DNA of 64,000 nucleotides from Octopus bimaculoides (Eukaryota), in the NCBI RefSeq assembly GCF_001194135.2, contig NC_068981.1:139016510-139080509 (forward strand), given 5' to 3'. Under the pieces are notes generated by a model, which searched no databases, was not told the origin of the DNA, and saw only the letters and a program-made list of their open reading frames with translations. This document shows positions 11,931 through 22,897 of the stretch, piece after piece (position 1 is the stretch's first letter; the number at the start of each line of letters is the position of its first letter). The position numbers and the translations under genes were made by a program.

Positions 11931-12456
11931 ACAACTTCCACCACATTCCAGGGAGAAAAACTAGAAGTAGTTGATAGCTTCAAATCAAATTTGCAAATTC
12001 GATGACTGGCATCCGTGCCAGTGGAGCGCTAAGAGCACCATCCGAGCGTGATCGCTGCCGGAGCAGCTGACTGGCTTCCATGCTGGTGGCATGTAAAAAG
12101 CACCATTTGAACGTATTATTCTCAGCTACTGAAACGGAGAGGGGCGGCTGGTATACATGGGCAACTGTTGGTCTTCTACAAACAACCTTGCCCAGACTTG
12201 TTCCTTGGAGGGAAACTTTCTAGATGCAACCCCATGGTCATTCATTACTGAAGGGGGTTTTTACTTTTATACAATATCTGGACTTATAAAAATTTGATAG
12301 TGAATGTGCAAATGATTTCTCATTTATTTAAAAATAAAACGTAAAAAACAAAGGCACAAGGTTTTCTGCTACTATAGGGTTCACAATAATATTTGAAACC
12401 ATAAACATTTACAAAACTCTTCAAATATTTGCCAACACAGTAATTATAAACATTAA

Positions 12457-12958
12457 CTATTTAGCATTTAAATGAGCCATATCCAGCCCAAAGTTTTCTA
12501 TGTGTTTCATGTGCAAACTGATCAGATCTAGTCTCTCACACCTACCCGACAATGTCATTAAAAACATAATCACATCACTGAAATCTCAAAGCTACAAGAT
12601 AATGCATGATTAATACAAATCAATGTGGTTAATGCCAATATCCCCTGACTGGCTCCCTATGTTGGTGGCACATAAAAAGCACTATCTGAATATGATTGGT
12701 GCCAGGGCCACCTGACTGGCTCCTGTGCCGGTGGTACATAAAAAACACCCAATACATTCTTGGAGTGGTTGGCGTTAGGAAGGGCATCCAGCTGTAGAAA
12801 CATTGCCAGATCAGACTGGAACCTGGTGCATCTGCTGGCTTACCAGACCTCATCAAGCCGTCCAACCCATGCTAGCATGGAAAACAGACGTTAAACAATG
12901 ATGATGAATGTGAATGAATATGTATTACATTTGACAGAGCAATCTGAATGCTAAAGGT
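12457..12958. mobile_element. piggyBac-type MITE (TTAA-flanked) carrying a nested GAT-tailed SINE at 12628-12906
   Basis: TTAA at 12453-56 and 12959-62; termini ctatttagcatt / aatgctaaaggt; nested insert flanked by aatgtg duplication. Other family copies at about 24876-25250, 35965-36162, 42516-42670, 62147-62367. Confidence 0.75.
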
Positions 12959-13549
12959 TTAAGTGAACACTTGTGGACTCGAGTGTAGCATTTTGTTTTT
13001 TATAATTCTTCCAACATGGACTCTTTGTTTGTTTGTTGCCAAGAGTATTGTAAAATACCAGGTGGGTCACTGTTCAGTCAAAATAACACATGTCGACACA
13101 ATGAAAAGGATGGAAGATTTAAAAACAACAAAATGGAAGCCTGTGCTGAAGCTGCAGTATGCTTGAAGCCTTGCAGAATAAGTGGGAACATTAGTGTTAC
13201 GGAAGGCTGTAAGCAATGAGAATCAAACATTAAATGTCAATAACATTATCAAATATATTGTAATGTCACCTTATAACTTTTTAATTAGTCCTGATATCTC
13301 AAGTAAACTACTATTAAAAAAAAAAAAAAAGAAAAAAATTTTTTTTTTCAAGTGTTAAAAATCAATAGAGTAGTATATCTGTTATTTTTGCATACCTGCA
13401 TGTTGTGATCAAAAGACCATGTGTGATGAGTTATGCAGTTTTTGGCTGTGGATTGTGCTCCATGGACTAGTATATTTGTGAGGAATTGAGTCACATTATC
13501 ATACATGGTGATTAAGAGCTACTACTTCTCATTCAAGTTAGTTTGGTTT

Positions 13550-14930
13550 TTTTAATCAGAATGGTTACTTCAGTCCACAGTGTTCTATATTATGGGCTGT
13601 AGCTATGATGGTGGTTGTGAAGTGCTGGTTCTTAATAAATGCAGGTGCATCTGTCAAGGTGTTTCTTTAATTTAGATGTATAATGGCTGAATTGTGTTAC
13701 ACAATGTAACATTGCAAACATGTGTTAATATTGTAGATGTGGAAGTTAGTGCTCATAGATTTCTGTTGTTGATGAGCCATTTCTGAGTAGACCAGCTGCA
13801 TATTTAGTCGTGCTTGATTGACTGTGTTGATGGCAGTGGTTGTATTTTTGTTGAAGTCCAGTAATTTCAAGGAACAAGCATTTAAAGAGTTTCCGTTTCC
13901 TGGGCTTGTAGCCATGAAGGTAAGGAATACTGAGTATCCACTGACCTCCAGCACCTTTTTGGAAATTTTGTGGTATGGATGGCCTGATCTTTTAGCTCAG
14001 TGCATTTATTCTGGATACAGATAAGTTCAGTGTGATGTGTACCAACTAATATGAAGTGAATGAACAGATTTCTGGTGGCACAAGTCCATTGCAATTTCTA
14101 TTTAAAGTTTTTGTGTATTGATTCTCTTGGAGCTTATCTTGTCTTTCTTTTATACTGTTATACAGTTGCCTCTGCTTCTCAGAGCTTCATCAGCCATTTC
14201 TGATTCACTTAACTTCTCTCATCATCTATATTGTCAACACCCCAGGCCATACATCTTACCCATTCCTTCTCTTGGAACTTTGACTCTCTGGAATTTCATA
14301 TCTTGTCATGTTTTCTCGTAGCCATTGACTTTCAACAGTCACTATTGTTGCAAAGGCCATGGGCAGAGTTCCTTCCAAACTAAAAGAAGGTGTACAACTG
14401 AGAGGGAATCCAGTCATAGAAAATCTGCTTCAATGAACTCTGTTTGATCTATGGAAGCATGGGAATGAAACTTTAAAATGATGATGATGGTGGTGTCAAA
14501 GAATAGTGACGATAGGTTTTATAATGTTAAAGATAGTTCACTGCAAGTTTGTGTTTTGGAAGTTGTCAGATATTTTTAGAGGTGTGTCATGAGAGATGAA
14601 GTTAAAAATTGTTTTGCTGTTAATGGTTGTCAGAAATGCGTGTATAAAAGAATTTATTTTTAAGCTGTCCTATAGTGTGGTGTTCAAGGATCTGAGTTGG
14701 AAAGAGGAATCTGCAGATTGATGTCAAGGGCAAGTCATTTCAGGAATTGCATGTGGGGGTGGGAAGGTGATGCATCTGTGTGTTGTTGCTTTTGTTGTTT
14801 TGTTTTAGAATTGTTATATAATGTTGCTCAATTTCCAGATCTTTTGCAGTGTTTGACTAGATGAGCACAGTTTGAAGGTGTATATTTGTGATTTTGCCAA
14901 GCTTTGAAGGTTTTTTTCCTTTTATTTTTT
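13550..14930 (-). mobile_element. Highly decayed LINE (I/Jockey-like): APE endonuclease and possible gag knuckle remnants
   Basis: NCNGL and LICIQNK resemble the APE N-terminus (WNCNG...IICIQE); VSGYSVF and FHIYNI follow in order. An upstream C/H-spaced stretch near 14800-14900 resembles CCHC knuckles. Weak and interrupted. Confidence 0.4.
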
Positions 14931-16624
14931 GGTTTTTGTATTTCTCTATTGCTTTTGTTTCTGATGGAAGGTATATATTGTGTTGTGTTATATCTTGCAT
15001 TTGTATTTCTGTGTACCCTTTGTGGCTTTTATCTTATGTGAGTTAACTTGCTATTGGTGTATGGGTGTGTTACTTGAAGTTGTCATGTGCAAGGTTGTGT
15101 GGCTGTTGTTGACTTTGTATGATTTGTTACTGCTTGTTTTGTGGTTTATATCCATCATGAATGTTTGCCTGTTGTAGGATATTTTTTAATTGGCCTATAA
15201 TTGTTTTATTGTATATATTGTGATGTTACTGGTCTTGTTTAGCCTCTGGTCAACCCTGATTGAATAAGTATTCCAGTCACGAACATCCTGTCACTTTAGT
15301 GGTATCTTGGACTACATTATCCTGTGTCCTTTCAGGGAGTTTTTAACTGCTATTTCTTGGAGAATAAACAACCACATAGCTGGTTCATGCAATGTCTGTA
15401 TTGGTTATTGTTCAATCTCAGGTCGTCCGTGAATGAACAAAGAAAGCATTCCAGCTTCCCCTTAAGTATTGATATATAGGATTACATTATCCAATGTCTC
15501 CTTTGCTAGATTATAGGGTGTAATTAAAGGATAGTTGGTTGCATTTTCTAACAAGGGGCTCCTTCATTAGCTTGTGTAGGGTCTATATTGTTGATTATTG
15601 TAATTTTAAATTCTGGGATTGGTAAACTTATTGTTTTTTAAAGTTTGTGCCTATATATTTGCTTGATTTGTTCAATCTGCTGTGGTGATGATGGACTGTT
15701 AATTGGAGGAGAATTATGGGGTTGTTTGTCGGCTGGTTGTAATAAGTAGGTGCATGGAGTGGAAAGTAATGTCTGGAGACAAGTTGCAGTTAACTTGGTG
15801 AGGTATGTGGGTGGGTTGTTTAGGTTATAAATAACCTACTTTTAATGTAATTGTGCCTCCACTTATGTTATCTGCTTTGTTTTTGTACCAGGATGTGTTG
15901 TGTACATGAAATTTTACGTGTAGTCTGGTGGGGCAGTTAGTGAGGTTATTCTTGGTATTTTACTTGTTTCAGTCATTTGAATGCAGCCATGCTGGAGCAC
16001 TGCCTTTTAGTCGAACAAATCAACCCCAGGACTTATTTGTTGTAAGCTTGGGACTTATTCTATTGGGATGTAGCAATATTAATAGTTTCATCAAAGTAGA
16101 TATTGTGAGCTTTAGGAGAGGAACATTAAAATATTGTAATACCCTTGGTTTTACTACAGGTGAAATGTTACTGTTAATATAATAATAATAATATTTTATT
16201 GCATTGGTACATGGCTGCACATAGTTATAGAGCAGGATTATAGTCAACTAAATACAACAAATATTCATTTTATCAACTGTGGAGATATGAACTCGGATTG
16301 TAGGCTAATGAAACTTTTTTATAAGTTTAGTCAGAGGAATTAGGATGGGCAACATCTGTGATCCTTTGCAGGATGTCTGAGACTGGTGAGAATAAGGGAG
16401 AAAGTTATACTAAGACCAGAGTTTCGACTGGAATGTTTGTAACTAGATGCTACTTCTGTTGATTATTTCTTTTTAATTATTCCGAGTTGTTATAATTTGT
16501 CCAATTTCCAGTTTTTTTTTGTAGTTTGAATGACTAGTTAAGTTGTTGGTGAGCCACATAGGTTTTAGGTCTAGGTCTATGTACTTTTGTGAAAGGGCCA
16601 GGTGTAAGTGCCTATCTTCTAAAC

Positions 16625-16883
16625 CAGGGGTTTTCAAACTGTGGTCCCTGGACCACAGGGGGTCCGTGGACAGCAAATACTTTTTATGGGCAATTTGATT
16701 TTATATGTTTTTTAATCGAAATCTTTTAATTGACAATAAACCTATTTGTTAAATACTGTTAAAAATAAATAAATGTAAAAATATGTTATCTTAAGCAAAT
16801 ATTTATGTATAAATTTCATAAGCGTTTATAAGGTAAAGTCTGAAATATAAAGGTCCGCAAGTCAAAAAGTTTGAAAACCCCTG
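16625..16883. mobile_element. hAT-type MITE
   Basis: Perfect 16-bp TIR caggggttttcaaact / agtttgaaaacccctg; degenerate 8-bp TSD ttctaaac/tcccaaac. Confidence 0.85.
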
Positions 16884-17710
16884 TCCCAAACCACATACTA
16901 AAATGCGTTTAGTGCAGTACTCTTCCTTCTCAGTGTCATCTTACCACATTTAGATTTTGTAGAAGGGCAAATGACAAGTAAATTAATTGTAGTATGTTGT
17001 TATTAATACATTTTGCATCCCATGTCCTGTCCACTCAAAATTATGACAAACCTGAGTGATTTTTATTTCCTGTTGTGTATATCATGGTTTTAGAATTGGT
17101 ATCCCTGCATGTCATTAGGGGTAGCTAAAAGGGCTGGCATCAAGAAGAGCATTTGGTTATGCCGAAATGGAAAAGCAGATGTAACAATGACGATGTCTTC
17201 TGATTCCTTCATCTGCACATTAACAGATATGAAGTTTATTCTTCATGTATGATGTCTATTGTTATACTTGTGTGAAAGATTTTGTAAATGAAAAGGATTT
17301 TCATTTACAAAGTCTTTTCTTCACTTGTCAGAGCAAAACATGTCTGGAGTTGTCTTAATCTGATAAAAACAATATTGTTTTTTTCTTCATTGCTTAATTA
17401 TTCCAACTCAGCCTTTTAATGCTCTTTACATTAAATATATTAGCAATAACATACTCATTGATGTTGTAAATGAATGGATCTCTGATTTATTTTATTCTTT
17501 CATATTGAGTGAAATGCTGGCTTAATAGCAAATTGATAATTTTGTTACCAACTTCATTGGCAATTTAATGACAGCCTTCTATTTTTTTTAACATGGCAAC
17601 GTGGGTTGGATACATTATATTACCAGTTGTAACAAACTTTTGTCACCTTGGTTTCTTTCGTTTCATTCTCAGCATTTGGGACTTTTTCACTTTGCAGCCA
17701 TTGTCTACAG

Positions 17711-18100
17711 CAGTGGTTCTTAATACGGGTAGTAACCTCCCCACGGGGGTGTTGTGAGTTCATGAGGAACAGCAAATGTTAAGGGAATAACATTTGCTGT
17801 GGGGGTTGCTGAGTGTTTAGAGGGCATATTTCTTAGAAATAGAATATTTAAACCAAGTACAGTACTTATTCACAAAAAGTCTTTGTCACAATTAAAATAT
17901 CAATATAACATTGGGTAATGAGTGAACATATGGACAGTACCACTATCCATATGATTTCATTATAGAAGTCTTTGCCTTCTTCAATCAATGATAAAGCATT
18001 GTGAAAAATTAGCTTGTTTGGCCAAATATTGGGAGGAACCACTTGTAAAATGCCCTTCTGTGAAAGATGGTGCTGGGTTATAAACGGTTGAGAACCACTT
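17711..18100. mobile_element. hAT-type MITE (older)
   Basis: Termini cagtggttctta / ggttgagaaccactt; no convincing TSD. Confidence 0.55.
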
Positions 18101-19486
18101 GTAAATGTCCATATAGTTGTCTCTCCAGCATGCACTGTCCAGTGTTATCTCAGTTAATTTGTGCTCCTTATTTTATGCAGTTTAATATTCTTTTCTACTC
18201 TAGACACAAGGCCTGAAATTTTTTGGGGGAGGAGGCCAGTCGATTAGATCAACCTCAATATGCAACTGGTACTTAATTTATCGACCCCAAAAGGATGAAA
18301 ATCAAAGTCAACCTTGGCAGAATTTGAACTCAGAATGTAAAGACAGATGAAATACCACTAAGCATTTCGTCCGGTGTGCTAACGTTTCTACCAGCTTGCC
18401 GCCTTAAATTTATGCAATTTAATATTGCACATCCAATGGAGTATATGTGACTCACTTATCTGCAACTCCTACAGCTTTTTTGCATTCAATAATCATCACC
18501 ATTTTAACATCAACTTCTCCATGCTTGCATGGGTCTGGGTTTCTTTACCTTACAGCCATGCCTATACCTGTGTTAACATTGTTTACACAGTATCAAATTC
18601 TTACCTATTTTTTTCCCTTCATATTGAACCTATCATAGAATTTAAACTCCTAATTTAGGAATAAGTCAATATACACAGCACATTCTTTTGCAAAACCAGT
18701 ACAGAGAACACAAGTAGGAAGACAGTAGTTATATCACACTGAAACTATTTATACTAAACAACCGAGATGGTATCAGAAATTTCTTCTTTTACTAACTAGC
18801 ACTTTTAATTTTTGCCGTGTTGACTATTGGGCCGTTGTCCTTTTATAGTTCTAAGGGGTCCATACCACATTTTTCAGAGCTACCTAAAATGCAGCTGGGA
18901 CATATAGGTGGTACAGAGGTTTCTAAGGAATAATAGGCAAGTTCAACTGCTGATTTTACTTAAAAAATACACATGTTGGGGTTTTGCAACAGGAAGTGCT
19001 ATTGGCTACAGAAAGTCCACCTCAATAACTTCCTTCTAATTCATACCAGCATGGAAGAGTAAACTTAAAAAAAGATGTTAACAAGCATGCAATTAACTTT
19101 GTCATTATCCTCATATGTCATTCTTTGTGCTAATGCAATATGATAAATATTGATCATTACATTACATAACTATAGTTTTGTGTACTATCTAACCACTAGA
19201 AATACAAAACTAATCACAGAACAAGAACAGCATTGAATAACCTATGTCTTAGATATTTTGCAATGACTTTTGCTTATACACCATTTAATTTGCCTAAAAA
19301 TGGTTGTTTTTGTAAGCTACTACAACTACTTCCATTTTTATATAATACAGCTGCAATTAATAAACATTTTGCAAATGGTGAAATAACTTCCATTTTCAGC
19401 TAATAACATGTATGAGGGGTTATGCATAGGCTCAGATTAAAACCTTGAGTGAAAAGAAAAAAAAAAAAAGTGGACCTCTGTCCAAA

Positions 19487-20060
19487 TTGAAAATTCTTCT
19501 CTGCCCGAGTTGAAAATTCTTCTCTGCCCGAGTTCTCCTCTGTCCGAGTTGAAAATTCTCCTCTGCCCGAGCTCTCCTCTGCCTGAGTTGAAAATNNNNN
19601 NNNNNNNNNNNNNNNNNNNNNNNNNNNNNNNNNNNNNNNNNNNNNNNNNNNNNNNNNNNNNNNNNNNNNNNNNNNNNNNNNNNNNNNNNNNNNNNNNNNN
19701 NNNNNNNNNNNNNNNNNNNNNNNNNNNNNNNNNNNNNNNNNNNNNNNNNNNNNNNNNNNNNNNNNNNNNNNNNNNNNNNNNNNNNNNNNNNNNNNNNNNN
19801 NNNNNNNNNNNNNNNNNNNNNNNNNNNNNNNNNNNNNNNNNNNNNNNNNNNNNNNNNNNNNNNNNNNNNNNNNNNNNNNNNNNNNNNNNNNNNNNNNNNN
19901 NNNNNNNNNNNTCTCCTCTGCCCGAGTTCTCCTCTGCCCGAGTTCTCCTCTGCCCGAGTTCTCCTCTGCCCGAGTTGAAAATTCTTCTCTGCCCGAGTTC
20001 TCCTCTGTCCGAGTTGAAAATTCTCCTCTGCCCGAGCTCTCCTCTGCCTGAGTTGAAAAT
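19487..20060. repeat. Minisatellite of 16-bp and 23-bp related units spanning a gap
   Basis: ctcctctgcccgagtt (16 bp) alternating with gaaaattctcctctgcccgagtt (23 bp); the block 19510-19595 recurs at about 19975-20060. Confidence 0.9.
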
Positions 20061-20759
20061 TCATACTTATGATGTGACAAAATTTCTTTTCCAAATTAAG
20101 TAACTTGATCTGATGAAGTAATATACACACAATCTATTTTGATCTGACTTGTAATGTAACATAATCACTGAAACAGACCCAAGTTAGTAATTACACAGTA
20201 ATGGTGTAATATCAGTATTTTCATTGAATTTGCCATTTACCAGCTGTCGTGTATGCATGGACTTATAATATTGGATATGGTATTGTCTTCACTAGCTTTT
20301 GTTAAGTGCCAGATCAGCTCTTATTAAGCAGGCTTTTAATTAAGGGCATTCCAGCCTTCATCATCCTTTTCTGTATATCAGAGATTATTATACCTATTAA
20401 TGTATCTTTTTTTGTAGCTTTCATTATATGTTGTCTTCATGTAGAGTATTTAAGGTGTGTTGATCTGGCAGAATTCTGCTTAGCTTAAGAATCTTGCATC
20501 ATATTGACTCAGCAATTTTAAAAGTTTGTTTTGCAACCGTTTGGTTTTGAGTTTGATTCCACTATGTAGTACCTTAGGCAATTGTGTTCTACCATATATC
20601 CTGGTTCACCTATGTCTTGTGAGTGAAACTTGGTTGACTGAAACTGTTGAAAGCCCATCGTATACATATTTGTGTGTTTAGATTTTGATTGAAAAATCCA
20701 TTTTCTAATAAAATTTGGCTGTTTGAATTTGTTTTAAATTTATTTAATTTTATATTCAG

Positions 20760-20893
20760 ATTTCTGATGATGAAGATGACACCCATCCAAATATTGACAC
20801 AGCCAGCTTGTTCCGCTGGCGTCACCAGGCTCGTATTGAGAAGATGGAACAAGCGAAAAAGGAGAGAGAAAGCTTTGAAGAAAGTGTCAAAAC
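20760..20893 (+). CDS. CDC37: Cdc37 exon 2 ([44 protein letters not shown])
   Basis: Hallmark [24 protein letters not shown] motif; ttcag acceptor, GTATGT donor, 134 nt ending in phase 2. Confidence 0.97.
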
Positions 20894-22306
20894 GTATGTA
20901 CACAATGTTTCATTGTTTGTTGTTGTTTAGTTCCATGTGGAACCACCATATGGTCAAAACTCTTCTAGCCATAACCATCTTGTCATTTTGTAAACCAGAG
21001 TCTACACTGCCTATGTCTCCTTAATAATGGAACCTTTATCATTTACTTGTTTCAGTCATTGGACTGCAGCCATGCTAGGGTACTGCTTTGAAGGATTTAG
21101 TCGAATAAATTGACACCCAGTACTTATTTTCTAAGTCTGGTATGTAATCTATTGGACTCTTGCCAAACCACTAAATTATGTGGATGTAAACAAACCAGCA
21201 TCTGTTAAGTGGTGGTGGTGGTGGTAAGAGGAGAAACACAAAAGTAGTGTATATTTGAGTGAGATTTAATGTTTATAGCATTTTGAGCCTCTGTGTACAA
21301 TTTCCTCATTGGCTCATTCTTTACACATGAAGGCATAGCTACAAAGAAGTTGCTGGACCACTAACCTTATTTCAAACCCTCACTGGAATCATTATGTTGT
21401 TCAGCTGACCTCTGATCAAGGACATTCCGGCCGTAGCTACCCTGTCTTTAGAAATGAAATGGACGATAGAGAGATTAAATCATGGATGGGGTAGACCCAG
21501 GAAGATGTGGGACAAGGTGGTGAAATGTGATCTTCAGTTGTTGAGCCTCGTAGAGGCAATGACAAATAACTGAGACTTCTGATGATTTGCTGTGCTTGAG
21601 AAGACATATCAAGCTAAGTAAAATTGTGGTAAAAAAAAAATCATCCAGTTCACTTTGTAAAGTAGTTGGCGTTAAGAAGAGCATCCAGCTGTAGAAATCA
21701 TGCCAAAACAAACTGGAACCTGGTGCAGCTCTTCCACCCATGACAGACATTAAATGATGATGATTACAACACATCACCATCCTTTAACGTCTGCTTTCCA
21801 TGCTGGCATGGGTTGGACAGTTTGACCAGAGCTGGCAAGCTGGGGAGCTACCCCAGGTTCCAGTCTGATTTGGCATGGCTTCTATGACTGGATGACAACC
21901 ACTTTACAATGTGTGCTCAGTGCTTTTAATTTGACACTGGCATGATCGTTTTTGTGTGACACGTTTTGTGTGGCACTCCATGTTATTTTATATGTTGGAG
22001 TGTGCAATATAATCTTCACCTAGTTGGATGCAGTGACAGTATATTTCTGGCTCTCTGCCTGTTTAACCAACTACCTACAATGACAAATATCCTCTTGAGT
22101 GAAACTGGTCTTGAAAATACTCAACAAAACAACCAATTAATATAAATTATAGCTATTTACTCACTACATCTAAATTCTCAGTCTATTTCCAAAATAAATT
22201 GAATTGAAATTTTATTGGTTGTGTATTTCAATAGGGGTTAAATTGTGAGTTCAATACAGGTTTTAGGGCAATTGTAGTATAATTTATTTCCTTATAACTA
22301 TTTCAG

Positions 22307-22358
22307 AAATAAGAAAAGGTTAGAGGAAAAAAAACAGAAACTCAATGAAGCTGATAAG
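22307..22358 (+). CDS. CDC37: Cdc37 exon 3 (T-NKKRLEEKKQKLNEADK)
   Basis: tttcag acceptor, GTAAGT donor, 52 nt; phase 2 to 0 fits both neighbours; coiled-coil-like charged sequence. Confidence 0.88.
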
Positions 22359-22400
22359 GTAAGTAATTGTGAAGATTTCACCAGGTTTTATGATTTAAAT

Positions 22401-22897
22401 CAGGGGTTCTCAACTATTTTTTACCTATGAACCTCTTTGGTTACTATCTTCTAGTGGACTACCGTATCCATTCTATGTTTAAAAACTAGGGCTATCTTTC
22501 GATTTGATATGAAGAAACGACAAGTAAAAGCACATGGGTTTTGTTTACATTTATTCGGCTAACCCTAACCCTAACAGGCCAATTAGATGTAAACAAAACC
22601 CATGTGCTTTTACTTGAAGTTTCTTCACATCAAATCAAAAGATAGCCAAAACTAGTTTTATAGAAACTTCTTTCAAAGTTCCTATTTTGTTTTTCCCACA
22701 TTCACTTGTGTAGATTGAACTATGTAAACTGTTAGAAAAAGAAACCTATTTGTTTCTTGCCATACACACCAATGCATGCATCTAAAGTAAAAATATTTTA
22801 GTGGCTCTTAAAATAGTATTGTGGATCCCTATTTTACTATTTTGTCGCTTGAACCCCCCCCCACAAATCTTATATGGACCCTGGTTGAGGACATTTG
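22401..22897. mobile_element. hAT-type MITE with nested foldback element
   Basis: TIR caggggttctcaac / ggttgaggacatttg, TSD atttaaat/atttaagt; same family as 3015-3354 in reverse orientation. Confidence 0.8.
22490..22647. mobile_element. Foldback MITE with GG termini, 8-bp TSD and (CCCTAA) core
   Basis: About 65-bp near-perfect inverted arms starting ggctatc / ending gatagcc; perfect TSD aaaactag (22482-89, 22648-55); centre taaccctaaccctaac. Confidence 0.85.

Noticed and set aside
5493-20759. Nested protein-coding gene in the 15-kb CDC37 intron 1
   Set aside because: I found only transposon-derived coding remnants and no consistent exon chain; small exons could have been missed by eye.
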